Source: Octopus vulgaris
Taxonomy: Eukaryota
Assembly: GCA_951406725.2 (NCBI GenBank)
Contig: OX597834.1
Span: forward strand, 3,534,001-3,598,000
Direction: 5' to 3'
Length of the DNA: 64,000 nt
Below, piece by piece: positions 35,203 to 48,559 of the stretch (positions are counted from its first letter, which is position 1; each line of letters opens with the position of its first letter). Position numbers and translations under genes: made by a program. The notes beneath the pieces were generated by a model. The model saw only the letters and a program-made list of their open reading frames with translations. It searched no databases and was not told the origin of the DNA.

Positions 35203-35580
35203 TACAGGGTAAATGTTTTTTTAATTTTCTCCTGTTTACGGAATTGATCTTTATTTGCGGTAGAAGCTTTGGCTGTTATTTCTAGTGGGTGAATGGCCTA
35301 TTATGGCCGTTCCTTAATTGTTAATGTTGAACTTAAAAATGGTCTATGACTATTTAATTTTTTCCCACTGGGCCGCTGGTGGCAAAAAAATTCTACAAAA
35401 TTTTCCTTGCCACCCTATATTGATTAATTATGAATTTTTTGGTTAATTCCGTAATGGAATCGACGATTTATTTGCTGCCGATAAATTTGGCGCGAGTGCG
35501 ACGATTTGAAAATTTTAGGTCAGATATTGCCTTGGCAGGATTGGGTATGCCTCGTGTAAATATCTGTTCCGACTTGAGCT

Positions 35581-35687
35581 ATTTCTTGCTGAAGAATCTG
35601 AGGGCTTATGGAAGATTGGCTTGATTTAATTTAATCAGGTTAGTTTACCATTAAACAGCAGATGAAACGGTATACCGTACAAGAAAT
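35581..35687 (+). ncRNA. Type I hammerhead ribozyme, monomer 5
   Basis: Same sequence as 33641-33747. Confidence 0.88.
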
Positions 35688-36064
35688 TACAGGGTAAATG
35701 TTTTTTTAATTTTCTCCTGTTTACGGAATTGATCTTTATTTGCGGTAGAAGCTTTGGCTGTTATTTCTAGTGGGTGAATGGCCTATTATGGCCGTTCCTT
35801 AATTGTTAATGTTGAACTTAAAAATGGTCTATGACTATTTAATTTTTTCCCACTGGGCCGCTGGTGGCAAAAAATTCTACAAAATTTTCCTTGCCACCCT
35901 ATATTGATTAATTATGAATTTTTTGGTTAATTCCGTAATGGAATCGACGATTTATTTGCTGCCGATAAATTTGGCGCGAGTGCGACGATTTGAAAATTTT
36001 AGGTCAGATATTGCCTTGGCAGGATTGGGTATGCCTCGTGTAAATATCTGTTCCGACTTGAGCT

Positions 36065-36171
36065 ATTTCTTGCTGAAGAATCTGAGGGCTTATGGAAGAT
36101 TGGCTTGATTTAATTTAATCAGGTTAGTTTACCATTAAACAGCAGATGAAACGGTATACCGTACAAGAAAT
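36065..36171 (+). ncRNA. Type I hammerhead ribozyme, monomer 6
   Basis: Same sequence as 33641-33747. Confidence 0.88.
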
Positions 36172-36549
36172 TACAGGGTAAATGTTTTTTTAATTTTCTC
36201 CTGTTTACGGAATTGATCTTTATTTGCGGTAGAAGCTTTGGCTGTTATTTCTAGTGGGTGAATGGCCTATTATGGCCGTTCCTTAATTGTTAATGTTGAA
36301 CTTAAAAATGGTCTATGACTATTTAATTTTTTCCCACTGGGCCGCTGGTGGCAAAAAAATTCTACAAAATTTTCCTTGCCACCCTATATTGATTAATTAT
36401 GAATTTTTTGGTTAATTCCGTAATGGAATCGACGATTTATTTGCTGCCGATAAATTTGGCGCGAGTGCGACGATTTGAAAATTTTAGGTCAGATATTGCC
36501 TTGGCAGGATTGGGTATGCCTCGTGTAAATATCTGTTCCGACTTGAGCT

Positions 36550-36656
36550 ATTTCTTGCTGAAGAATCTGAGGGCTTATGGAAGATTGGCTTGATTTAATT
36601 TAATCAGGTTAGTTTACCATTAAACAGCAGATGAAACGGTATACCGTACAAGAAAT
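36550..36656 (+). ncRNA. Type I hammerhead ribozyme, monomer 7
   Basis: Same sequence as 33641-33747. Confidence 0.88.
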
Positions 36657-37034
36657 TACAGGGTAAATGTTTTTTTAATTTTCTCCTGTTTACGGAATTG
36701 ATCTTTATTTGCGGTAGAAGCTTTGGCTGTTATTTCTAGTGGGTGAATGGCCTATTATGGCCGTTCCTTAATTGTTAATGTTGAACTTAAAAATGGTCTA
36801 TGACTATTTAATTTTTTCCCACTGGGCCGCTGGTGGCAAAAAAATTCTACAAAATTTTCCTTGCCACCCTATATTGATTAATTATGAATTTTTTGGTTAA
36901 TTCCGTAATGGAATCGACGATTTATTTGCTGCCGATAAATTTGGCGCGAGTGCGACGATTTGAAAATTTTAGGTCAGATATTGCCTTGGCAGGATTGGGT
37001 ATGCCTCGTGTAAATATCTGTTCCGACTTGAGCT

Positions 37035-37141
37035 ATTTCTTGCTGAAGAATCTGAGGGCTTATGGAAGATTGGCTTGATTTAATTTAATCAGGTTAGTTT
37101 ACCATTAAACAGCAGATGAAACGGTATACCGTACAAGAAAT
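37035..37141 (+). ncRNA. Type I hammerhead ribozyme, monomer 8
   Basis: Same sequence as 33641-33747. Confidence 0.88.
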
Positions 37142-38525
37142 TACAGGGTAAATGTTTTTTTAATTTTCTCCTGTTTACGGAATTGATCTTTATTTGCGGT
37201 AGAAGCTTTGGCTGTTATTTCTAGTGGGTGAATGGCCTATTATGGCCGTTCCTTAATTGTTAATGTTGAACTTAAAAATGGTCTATGACTATTTAATTTT
37301 TTCCCACTGGGCCGCTGGTGGCAAAAAAATTCTACAAAATTTTCCTTGCCACCCTATATTGATTAATTATGAATATATATATATATATATATAAATATAT
37401 GCATACATACATATATGCACATACCTACATCTATATGTATATATACATGCATATATGGGTACAGGACATTAAAAAACGTTGAACACAATGAGAAACGAAA
37501 ACATAAAATCAAAAAGATAGAAAACTTTTTTGGGGCTTCATGCAGGCCTAGAGTAGATTAGAGTAGATTCGTAAGCCAAAGTCTACCCACGGGTCCGAGG
37601 TGCGGGCGTGTCAGTGAAACTGTCGTACACGCCTTCGTACATGGTGAAGAACTGAGGGGATTGATAACCCATGCGGAACAACTGGTGTCAGATACGGAAA
37701 GAGTACGGTTATCGACTGAGTCTTCATCAAGATTGTACCGCCTCCCTCTTGGAACAAGGATAAGAAGGCGTAGAAGAGGAATCGAGACAGGCAACTTTAT
37801 CTCCGGACACGGGTTGGTTAGTTTTTTTTAACTACCACCTGCCCAGGGAAGATGAGTCTGGAGAGGAGGTGCCTCTGCCTCAAAGAGCGTTGGAGAAAAG
37901 ATGGACAAATGTAAGGAAGTTGAGAGTGAATGGGGCTACGCCGGTGTAGCCGGTCTGAACGGAAAAGAAGGAAAAGAAAAACGGAAGAACAATGAAACGA
38001 AAAATTATTATAAAGAGTAAAAAAGAGAAAAAAAAAACCCCGGCGGGTCGAACAGAAATCCGGAAAAATATATTATTATTTAATTTTTAATTCATTTAAT
38101 TCGTTTCGATTTCATTGTATTTTTCAAATTCATTCGAATTCATTATATCGAACTAAATAATGTATAACCCCAGTCCCTAAATGTGTTTGTTTTGCCCTTG
38201 TTTTGTCCCCTCTATGTGAGCCATGTATTGGCAATAAAGAAATCAGTGTGAACCGAGTCTGGCTGACCGGCGGCTCAACGAAACGCAGTCTGTGAATGGA
38301 AAAGCAGAAAAAGGACAGCCATGGTAACTCACCAAGGGAAGCAGCGATTTTGTCCAACCACCCTCACTTTCCATTAACTCACTTTCTATTCCCTGTAACA
38401 TTACCATATCTCTCTCTTTATACTACCATGAGAGCGTGTACACACACATACACAGGCGGCCAAAATTAACTTTCATTACCTTGCATGCTTTACGAACTGT
38501 GTTATACTATTACACAAGCCGAGCC

Positions 38526-38599
<74 letters not shown>

Positions 38600-39330
38600 T
38601 CAAAATAAAAACATGATTTGGCATCATATTTTAATTTTGATTAATTTACTCCACCACCTACACCACCAAACGGTATATACAGGTGCTTACAATTATCAAG
38701 TACTCACCCTGAATTTCTCTCTCTCTCTATATATATATATAAATATATGCATACATACATATATGCACATACCTACATCTATATGTATATATACATGCAT
38801 ATATGAGTACAGGACATTAAAAAACGTTGAACACAATGAGAAACGAAAACATAAAAAGAAAAACATAGAAAACTTTATTAAAGTAACGGTAAATAAATAC
38901 TTCTTTACAACTTCGATCTCTGTTCTTCTTTCATCTTTCACATCTTACAATATGCCGTGGTAATAAATCTTTGCTGTTCACACACACACACGCTTTTTCT
39001 TTTCCAATTTTTATTATCTGCTTCAGCTCGTGAGCTGTGGCCGTGCTGAATACCACTATTGGTTTTGCTACGTTTTCCTTAATACTCTTTCTATGGTTGG
39101 CTTGGTGAATGAGGGAGTTCAACATTACCACTTTCGATTGCCTTTCCTGATGTGAAGTTGGCTCATCTGGGACTTTTGACTAGGAAATCCATTTCTGGTT
39201 TGAAGACGTCTGTATCCACTCCATGTAGGTCTCTCATGTCTTTTCAGGAGGATATTGAAAGACTGTGAGCACTTATATCATAAACTGTTGCAGTATCCGG
39301 TCCTGTATTTCGACGGTATGGGTGGGATCT

Positions 39331-39550
39331 GGCAGAAACGATAGCGCGCCGGGCGAAATGCTTAGCGGTATTTCGTCTGTCGTTACGTTGTGAGTTCAAA
39401 TTCCGCCGAGGTCGACTTTGCCTTTCATCCTTTCGGGGTCGATAAATTAAGTACCAGTTATGCACTGGGGTCGATGTAATCGACTTAATACCTATGTCTG
39501 TCCTTGTTTGTCCCCTCTATGTTTAGCCCCTTGTGGGTAATAAAGAAATA
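39331..39550 (+). mobile_element. SINE with 16-bp TSD (unit 2 copy)
   Basis: Paralog of 12371-12590. Confidence 0.85.
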
Positions 39551-40199
39551 GGTATGGGTGGGATCTTTGGCACTACGCTCTGGAATTTTTGTAACTTCCA
39601 ATGCCAAAGTAAGGTCCAGGACAAGACGTTCCATATCTTCCAAGTGTATATTACACCTCATCTTTCCACCCTCCGCACCTGGGAGTCACAACCTTTTCAG
39701 TTTTTACCAATAACAATTCTATTACACTGAGACAATCTTCATTGAATTGCTTCAAGTTCAGCCACTCATTGTACTCTATGTGGTGGCCATTGTGGGAATC
39801 AGTGGTCAAAAAGCCCTAGGACAAATATCCCCCAGAGGGCTCTCATGGTTTCTTGTTGTCATAGGTGCCCTGGGAATGATAGCAAAAGGGGCTGATTGCT
39901 ACCTAACTCAGATACTAGGAAACCCCAAAACGGTAGAAATTCAAAAGATAGTGCTCATGGGAACTGCCCATATCCAGCGTAGAATACTGTCTCTGTTTTA
40001 AAACAAACTCATAATTTTCTTATGGTTTCTTAAACATTCTCTAAAACAATATTATTTACATTATTTACATCAGACGGATATTTGTCCTCATTTTGTTTGA
40101 TGTTAATACAACGTTTCGGATGATATACCCTCCAGCCTTCATCAGGGGTCTTGGGGAAATTTCGAACCTGGGTTCTCATTCTTAAGGTATTTTTTGAAG

Positions 40200-40249
<50 letters not shown>

Positions 40250-40804
40250 GAGTGAGAGAGCAGTGCATGCCATCAAAGTGACACTGGGGTAAAATATACG
40301 AAGCCCGGTATACCCATCATGACTACCCCGTCTGATAAGGGTACATTAGGCACATGCATCACAACCATATGTGCTCGACGTGGTGATCTCATATCAAGTT
40401 AAACAGCGCATGACCTTGCAGGTGGGGCCCAGTTAGAATTTTCTTCTGGTCAAGTAGCCCATCCCGCTCAAAAGGTCCCTGAATGAGGATTGTTTAAGGA
40501 TGTTGAAAGAACTACGCATGTTTCCAAAGGTGAATTATCCAAACCTCCAAGAATTCCTTTCAACATACGGCTATGATGCTCCCCCGTTACTTCTGTTCGT
40601 GGTCAGAGATGCACATATCGTCAGCCACTAAGGGACACGCTCAACTGGTTAAGGTAAAACAACTGACAAGCAAATCTGTGGTATTGAGCAGAATATTTGC
40701 TGTAGCCCATCTTTTATACCAAGACAAAACAATGTACATGATAACACTTCCAATCAGTTAAGATCAGAAGCCACGAGAGCCACTGCCTGGTACTGCATCA
40801 GGGA

Positions 40805-40838
<34 letters not shown>

Positions 40839-40848
40839 GTTGTTGTTG

Positions 40849-41412
40849 TTGTTCAAAGAAGCGCTGGCGTTTCTCGTACCGGCGGATCCTTTGTGCTTTG
40901 GCAAGCATATCTTGCTCCGCTTTTCTTTTATCTCAGGTAAATAGTTGAACTTTTTGTTTTGTTCAAAGAAGCGCTGGCGTTTCTCGTACCGGCGGATCCT
41001 TTGTGCTTTGGCAAGGATATCTTGCTTCAGCTTTTCTTTTATCTCAGGTAAATAGTTGAACTTTTTGTTTTGTTCAAAGAAGCGCTGGCGTTTCTCGTAC
41101 CGGCGGATCCTTTGTGCTTTGGCAAGGATATCTTGCTTCCGCTTTTCTTTTATCTCAGGTAAATAGTTGAACTTTTTGTTTTGTTCAAAGAAGCGCTGGC
41201 GTTTCTCGTACCGGCGGATCCTTTGTGCTTTGGCAAGGATATCTTGCTTCCGCTTTTCTTTTATCTCAGGTAAATAGTTGAACTTTTTGTTTTGTTCAAA
41301 GAAGCGCTGGCGTTTCTCGTACCGGCGGATCCTTTGTGCTTTGTCAAGGATATCTTGCTTCCGCTTTTCTTTTATCTCAGTTAAATTCAGCTTTTCTTTT
41401 TTCTCAGGTAAA

Positions 41413-41413
<1 letters not shown>
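40849..41413 (-). repeat. 111-bp minisatellite, ~5 copies
   Basis: Same unit as 13892-14574. Confidence 0.88.
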
Positions 41414-41480
<67 letters not shown>

Positions 41481-41481
<1 letters not shown>

Positions 41482-42510
41482 CATTCAGTAGTTTTATTTT
41501 TTATAGCGTGCTTTCACTTCACTACCGAGCACAGCTCTGTGTGCCTTGGGTATGTGCTGTGATTTGTTGTGATGCTCTGATGGTTATTGTATGGAAAGTG
41601 TTCTGCGTAGGATGTGTGCAGTGCCTAGTAGTGCAATTTTCTGTATGTTATATGTGTTTGTAAGTCCTGGTGTTTTTGTTGTGTATTTGTCTGAATATTT
41701 TTTTATCATGCCTAATGCACCTACTATGATAGGAATTGTTTCTGTTTTCAGATTCCACATTCTAGTTACCTCTATTTCCAGGTCTTTGTATTTTGAGAGT
41801 TTCTCCATTTCTTTTAGAGACACGTTGTCATCAGCCGGTATTGATACATCAATTAGAAAGCATTTTTTTCTTCATGATCTCTGACAACTATATCTGGTCT
41901 GTTGGCCTTAATTTCTCTATCTGTGTGTATCGGCATATCCCAGAGTATGGTTGCTTTCTCGTTTTCTGTGACCTTTTCTGGTGTGTGCCTATACCATCTT
42001 TTTTCTGTTGTTATTCCATAATGTTGGCATAGCTTCCAATGTATGTAGGTTCCAACTCTGTCATGTCTGTGAATATATTCCTTCTTAGCCAGGACTGGGC
42101 AGCTAGAGATAATATGATTTATTGTTTCTTGTCTATCTCCACATATTCTGCAGTTACTTGTAATATTTCTTTTCATTACATGTTTTTGGTAATTTCTGGT
42201 GGGGAGGCTTTGGTCTTGTGCTGCAATTAAAAATCCCTCTGTTTCTGCTTTGAGTCCTGAGCTTCTCAACCATTGCTGGGATTTTTCTTTGTCTATTTCT
42301 TTTGCGTTTAGTTTAGTCCAGTATTTACCATGAAGGGGCTTTTCTTGCCATCGTTTTATCATGGTTCGTTGCTGTTCTATTTTTAGTTTGGATTTCATTT
42401 GTTTTATAGCTTTTGTTGTTTCTTCATCTTCTTCTTCTTCTTCGTGTTTATTAGGTGGTATGATTTCTTGTTTGTATTTGTCAGCTTCCTTAAATACTGA
42501 GAACAGTTTT
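41481..42510 (-). mobile_element. R4/Dong-like LINE fragment (unit 2 copy, 1-bp frameshift in a T run near 41865)
   Basis: Paralog of 14717-15745. Confidence 0.85.
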
Positions 42511-42527
42511 ATTATTATTATTATTAA

Positions 42528-42584
<57 letters not shown>

Positions 42585-42729
42585 TACTATTACTATTACT
42601 ATTATTATTATTATTATTATTAATAATATTTTCCGATTGATTTGCATAATAATAAATGCAAATCAATCTTCTGACCGGGTACCAACCAGAGACCTAAGGT
42701 ACATTTATATTAGATGGAGAGAAACTTTT

Positions 42730-44024
42730 TGAGAATGTAGGCGTTTGATGTCAACAACAGATTTTGAGTCTTATTGAGTGTTGGTTTCCCAAGGATCTGG
42801 TCAAAAAATTTGTGTCTTTTTTTATCATTCCTAGGGCACCTACAACAACAGGGATGGTTTTGGTTTTTAACTGCCACGACCTAGATATCTCAATCTCAAG
42901 GTCCTTATATTTCGACAGTTTTTCAAATTCCTTTGTTGAAATGTTTCTATCAGTAGGCAGGTATGTTTTTTTTTTCTTTTTCGCCTTTGATGACGATGTC
43001 TGGTCCGTTAGCATTTATTTGCCTGTCTGTATGTATCCCATAATCCCATAGGATGGTAATAGTCTCTCCCTCAGTGGATGGCCCTGGATGGTGTTCATAC
43101 CAGTTCTTAGGGTGCAGAATATCATAGCGACGGCACATGTTTCAGTGCAAGTATTGGCAAACTCGATCATGCCTGGTTTTATATTCTGTAGGGGCAAGGA
43201 CTGTGCAGCCACCATCAATGGGGTCAACACTCTCAAGTTTGTCATTGTAGAGTCTACACTTTGTGTCTACATCATTGTGTGTGACATTTGCTTAATAGTT
43301 CCGGGTAAGGAGATTCTGATCTTGTGCCCCTAGGATAAACCCTTCTGTTGCGGCTTTGAAACCAACTCTCTGCAGCTACTGAAGGGTTCTTCTTATATCC
43401 CCATCAGCTTCCCCAGCTCGTTTAGAGTATTGCCCATGCGATGGATTTTCTTGCCACAGTCTTGATATTTCCTTCAAGCTTTCTTGTTTGGCTTTTGCTT
43501 TACACTTTTTTGTTGTCTTAGTAGGTGGTATGTTCTCATTGTCATCATCATAAACAAGCCTCCTTTACATGCACCCTTTGGGATTGAGTGCAGTTTCTTA
43601 CACTGTTCGTGTTGCTTTACCAGCTGTATCTTCCAGTTGGTGTTACTTCGGATGTACACTTGGAGTCCTATCGCGGTCGTTTTATACGACATTTCAAGCT
43701 GGATTAGGCCCCTGCTGCCTTCCTTCCGTGGGAGATAGAGCCTGTCGACGTCTGATTTTGGGTGATGCATCCTGTTTAGTGTCAGTAGTTTCCTGGCCTT
43801 TATGTCCATACGCTTGAAGATCAGTCGGATTCCAATTAATGACATTAAGGCTATACTGGATATCTGTATATATAGCTTATATCTGCAATTCTATTCTGAG
43901 AGTTCAGCACAGTATTCAGGACCATTCTGACACGTCTATAATACTCTTTCCTTGTCTTTGATTGCTCCATGTTGAATCCCTTTTCCTTTCTGTATCCCAA
44001 TATACTTATAAAAGCCTTTTTGTC
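42730..44024 (-). mobile_element. Older R4/Dong-like LINE fragment (unit 2 copy)
   Basis: Paralog of 15960-17254. Confidence 0.8.
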
Positions 44025-44918
44025 GAAATATTCTAGAGACCAATCACCTGTTGTCCGTAATGGAATTGATCAAAGTCCAGCCATCTCTACAATTGGTCAG
44101 TTATATTTAAACCAAGGACATATTAAGACCGTTACAGGGGTAGCCGTAAATAAAGACGAAAATGAACCAGTAAATAAAAAGGTATCGGGGAGAAGACTAT
44201 GTTATAAGTGGCCCGAGGCCGCTTATGCCCCTCTACACCATCTCAACATAACATAAAATAGAAATAAAGTAAGTACTAGCAATCAATACGGCCAAAAACT
44301 TTTTAACAGTTAAGGGGAGACTACTGATAGGGAGCTGAATACTAATAGAAATTACCTTCGAAAAATATAATGCTAAACCTGACATCTTAAATAGCCAGCA
44401 TACTTCCAAGTGGTGATTACAAGGTGTAAATGTCTACACGTTACTGAGTGCATTCTGCCACTTAGACAACCACTTGAAGGTTTATCTTACTCCAGCCCAC
44501 TCAGTTGGCCAAAATGAATTGTAGCTGTAATTCAAAGGCACCAGCCTTGTCATATTCTGTGTGAGGTTGAATCTCCCTGAGAACTACATTAATGATATGC
44601 ATGTCTGTGGATTACTCAGCCATTTGCGAGTTAATTTTATCCTCGTATTGTAATGAAAAGTGAAAGTGTCATCCTATATTTTATGTGTCTATGTATCTAT
44701 GTACCAACTTTTCTTTCGATCTATGTATCTACTGTTTCTCTCACTTTCTCTCTTTCTCTTTCACTTCCTCTGTGTCCCTCCTCTCTCCCGTTTTTAATTA
44801 AACAACGTGTGCATGTATCTGTGTGTCAAATTTTCTTTCGATCTATTTATCTACTTTTCTTGCGATGTAATAAACATTTAGAAACACAAAACGAACGCCA
44901 TCACCACTCACTGTTTCT

Positions 44919-44959
<41 letters not shown>

Positions 44960-45224
44960 GTATCTTTCACTCGCATTCTCTCTTTCTTTCTCACTCTCTC
45001 TTTCTCTCTTACTTCCTCTCTGTCCTCTCCCTCGCTTTGCCACTGACTTCTTCCTTTGAAGTAAGTGTGACACACACCACAGATGCGTACAAAAAGAACA
45101 AGTTGGCGTATTAATATTATTAATAAATGTAACTATGTCTAATATAAATGTGTAAGCGTTTGTAAAGTATTTCATTGTTTTAGGTAAATTTTAAAATAAA
45201 ATATTTTAACCTTTTTCAGGTTTC

Positions 45225-47174
45225 ATGAGGAAAAAAGTTAAAGAAATGAATAAAAAAGCAATAATTCCTATTCTGTGTTTGGGTACCACAATTTCCATAT
45301 TTATTATACAGAGTTTCAACCTGAATAAGGAAAACATGCAATTGATAGAAATGGAAATTAATTAATGGTTGATTCGAAAATGTGCAGGATATGATCCATT
45401 CGACATTTCCGTGCGTAAATATTTCTCGATAAGTAAATGGCGACCCTGTCCAGGTAATGCTTCTTTGACGTACCAAGAGGATAATGTTTTGAGAATTAAT
45501 AAAGCTGTTATCATACAAAGGTATAAAAACAATTTCCATTCATGCAAAGTATATCCAATAGTAAGGAATGATACTGACGATGATCATGTCGACTACATGA
45601 AGGAATCTTTACTGTTTAAATCAGATGTGAATATAACTGATGAATTTATTAGAGTTCAATGTTTTAATAGAAACAATAAAACAATTTACACAAATTTCCA
45701 CGCCTTTGTCCAGATGAAAGAATTACGGCCTAAGGATACGAACCCATATAATACTGGTTACGATGGCATATACTCTTCAAAAGATTCTATGAAAAACATT
45801 GATTTTTCAAACTTTGCAGAAAACAAGCTTTCACTGAATGTTCTTTTAATTGGAATTGATTCAGTTTCGCGATTGAATTTCATACGACAGATGCCGTTAA
45901 CTCGTCAGTTTCTATTAAGTCATGGCGCTATTGAAATGTTAGGTTACAACAAAGTGGGTGATAATACATTTCCCAATATCATACCATTTCTTACTGGGAA
46001 ATACCTAGAAGAACTACCTGAATCAAAGAAACTGGAACGGGAGCCATTTGATAAATACGATATAATTTGGAAACATTATAATAAATCCGGGTACGTTACT
46101 ATGTTTGCAGAAGATTCAACATCTGGAGCAATGTTTAACTACTTGAAGTACGGTTTTAAGAAACAGCCGACTGACCATTATTTGAGACCATTTGCACTAG
46201 CAAGAGAGAAAGCAAAGTCTCTTTGGTCAAATAATAATTTTTGCTTTGGTAATCGAATGGAACCAGCTATAGTTCTACAATACACACATGATTTTCTCAG
46301 AGTCTACAAGGATAAGCCATATTTCACTTTTACATTTATCACACGTATTTCACATGATGACATGAATATGGCTGGTCGTGGAGATTTTGAATATCTGAGG
46401 TTCCTTAAGAAATCCTTTAATCAAAACCTTCTAAACAATACTATTTTGTTTTTCTTTTCTGATCATGGAATTAGATTTGGCTTATTTCGTAAGACTTATG
46501 TTGGTCGACTAGAAGAACGACTGCCTGCTATGTACATCCTTCCACCTGACTGGTTCAGAGACAAATTTCCGACATTATGGAATAATCTCAAAGTAAACAC
46601 TCACCGATTGACAACACCATTCGATATCTATGAAACCCTACAAGATATTTTGGATATCGATAAAACAGCAGAACGTTCTAAATCTAATGAAATTGACTAC
46701 AAAAATCTCAAACGAATCAGCCTGTTCAGAGAGATACCTTTAAATCGTTCTTGTGAAGCAGCACATATTAAACCACACTGGTGTACATGTCACCTCTTTA
46801 ATCCAGTTGCTCTTAATGATAGCATTGTAATTAACGTAACTAATTACCTCGTGAATTATATAAACAACATGACATCAAATTCTAGTAAAGTGTGTGCCAG
46901 GTTAAAATTACAGGAAATCAAAAATGCTGAAATTTCAGTGATGAATGACCAGGTACTTTCCTATTTAGGCAAAGGAGTTCAGACTTATAAGGATTACCGA
47001 ATTATTATGCAAACACTTCCCGATGAAGGTTTATTTGAAGGAACAGTAAGATATTACAGTGACAATGAGCAGTTTTCATTGTTGGGGGAAATTAGTCGAA
47101 TAAATCGCTATGGACATCAATCTGAGTGTGTTCATGACTTTATCCTCAGGAAATATTGCTACTGTAACAAATAG
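45225..47174 (+). pseudogene. DUF229-family copy 3 with 5' indels and a premature stop
   Basis: ATG at 45225. A net -7 change near 45360 gives in-frame ATG GAA ATT AAT TAA (stop 45363-45365), and a further -8 deletion near 45391 restores the original frame. The remainder is intact; the 601-aa ORF in the track starts at a TTG. Confidence 0.75.
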
Positions 47175-48559
47175 CATTCTTTAGTCCTGTTTTCGCAATG
47201 TCTAATTATATTAGAACACATCAAACTACTTAAGCTGTTTTTTGTATTTGATGGTCTCTGTATTTACAATACCTAACATGTTTGATGCGAAACTGTTTAC
47301 ATTTTATTGTGGAAACCGTCGAATGTATTAGAAGTTGATGCAACATTGCACAAGAATTATAGGATTTCGTAAATGTGTATTTTTTTATATTAACATCGCA
47401 GCTGAAATCGCTGTATCGCAGACGCATCGAATACTATTACGTTAACGGTTGGACACAAGCAGTCATGTGTGAGTTGTCTACGATAGATCATCCAATCGAG
47501 AGACAGCAAAACGTTTCTCTTTCCCTCTCTCCGTGCGTGCATATTTTGTATATGTGCTCAAGCACGTGGTTTGTGTGTCTGTTTAAAGCTGAAAAATAAA
47601 TATTCACTAAATGTTTCTAAACTTTAGTTTATTTGTAATTAGTTGATTAGTCCCTTCGTCAAAATTCGGAGTCTCACGTAAGTATACATATGTACACTTT
47701 TTTCACATCATTTCCCACAATATTTCCATAACTGAAGCAGAGTACTGAGTGCATTTTTTTTCTTTTGTATAATAAAAATGTTATTCTCACCCTACTCTTA
47801 TTAATCTCTGTCTATGAAGCAAGAATAATGAGTTTAATATAGAGAAACATCGGTACCTTTTCTCTTTGAAGAACAATCAAATTGCATTCCAGAAACTTTA
47901 TAACATTCTTTTGTCAGTTTGTAGTAGAAAACTGAGCAGACAACCTCGTTATCTCCAAACCTTCCATCACTATTAAAGATCAAAAGGCATTTCCCGGCAC
48001 AGTTTCAACTGCAGGTTAATAAACCGGATGCAAATAGCTTTAAATTCAGATTATTGCAAAGCACCCTTGCTTTTTAGTGATTTCATAGTATAAAAACTAA
48101 CCTTTCTGCCCATTCACCCAATGAATGAATTTTTAAAAATCTATTTTCCATCAAATCCCTTCTCCTTGGACATCAGGACATGATTTGATACGATACATAG
48201 AAAATAATGCACACACACAAATGCGTGCGCACTCACACACATAATTACAAATTAAAAGCAGCTCTGGTAATGTCTACATTGCCGTTTGCTCATATATAAT
48301 AGTGTATGTATTTTGTTTATATGCTGAGGGGTAGCGTCTGGGGAACATTCCTTATACGATGCCGAAGGTTAAAGGACGCCGAGTGTCCCAGACCAGGCAA
48401 GGCAACTCGCTCCGAAAGGATCGAGAATGGAAGATACGGGTATTTCACCAATTTTGTGGCTTATCATTGCAATGTAGTCAGATCACCTCAGAACGAAACG
48501 ATTGCTTGTATGTTATTATTGAGTGAAGTTTATTTGCTGATGTACTGCGGCGTAGCACA

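Larger units (their letters stand above)
32742..37374 (+). mobile_element. Retrozyme-like (Penelope-associated, hammerhead-containing) insertion: inverted ~1.05 monomer (32742-33253) plus ~8.5 tandem 485-bp monomers (33262-37374)
   Basis: 485-bp period (one monomer 484) with essentially identical copies and one hammerhead per monomer. It is flanked by (TA)n on both sides and absent at the paralogous (TA)n near 59280-59335. Confidence 0.85.
17255..44024 (+). repeat. Segmental tandem duplication unit 2 (~26.8 kb, includes the 4.6-kb hammerhead array)
   Basis: Near-identical to units 1 and 3 apart from indels and insertions. Confidence 0.9.

Noticed and set aside
33262-37374. CRISPR array, or rDNA/snRNA tandem cluster
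   Set aside because: No unique spacers, eukaryotic context, and no resemblance to 5S rRNA, tRNA or snRNA that I can recognise.
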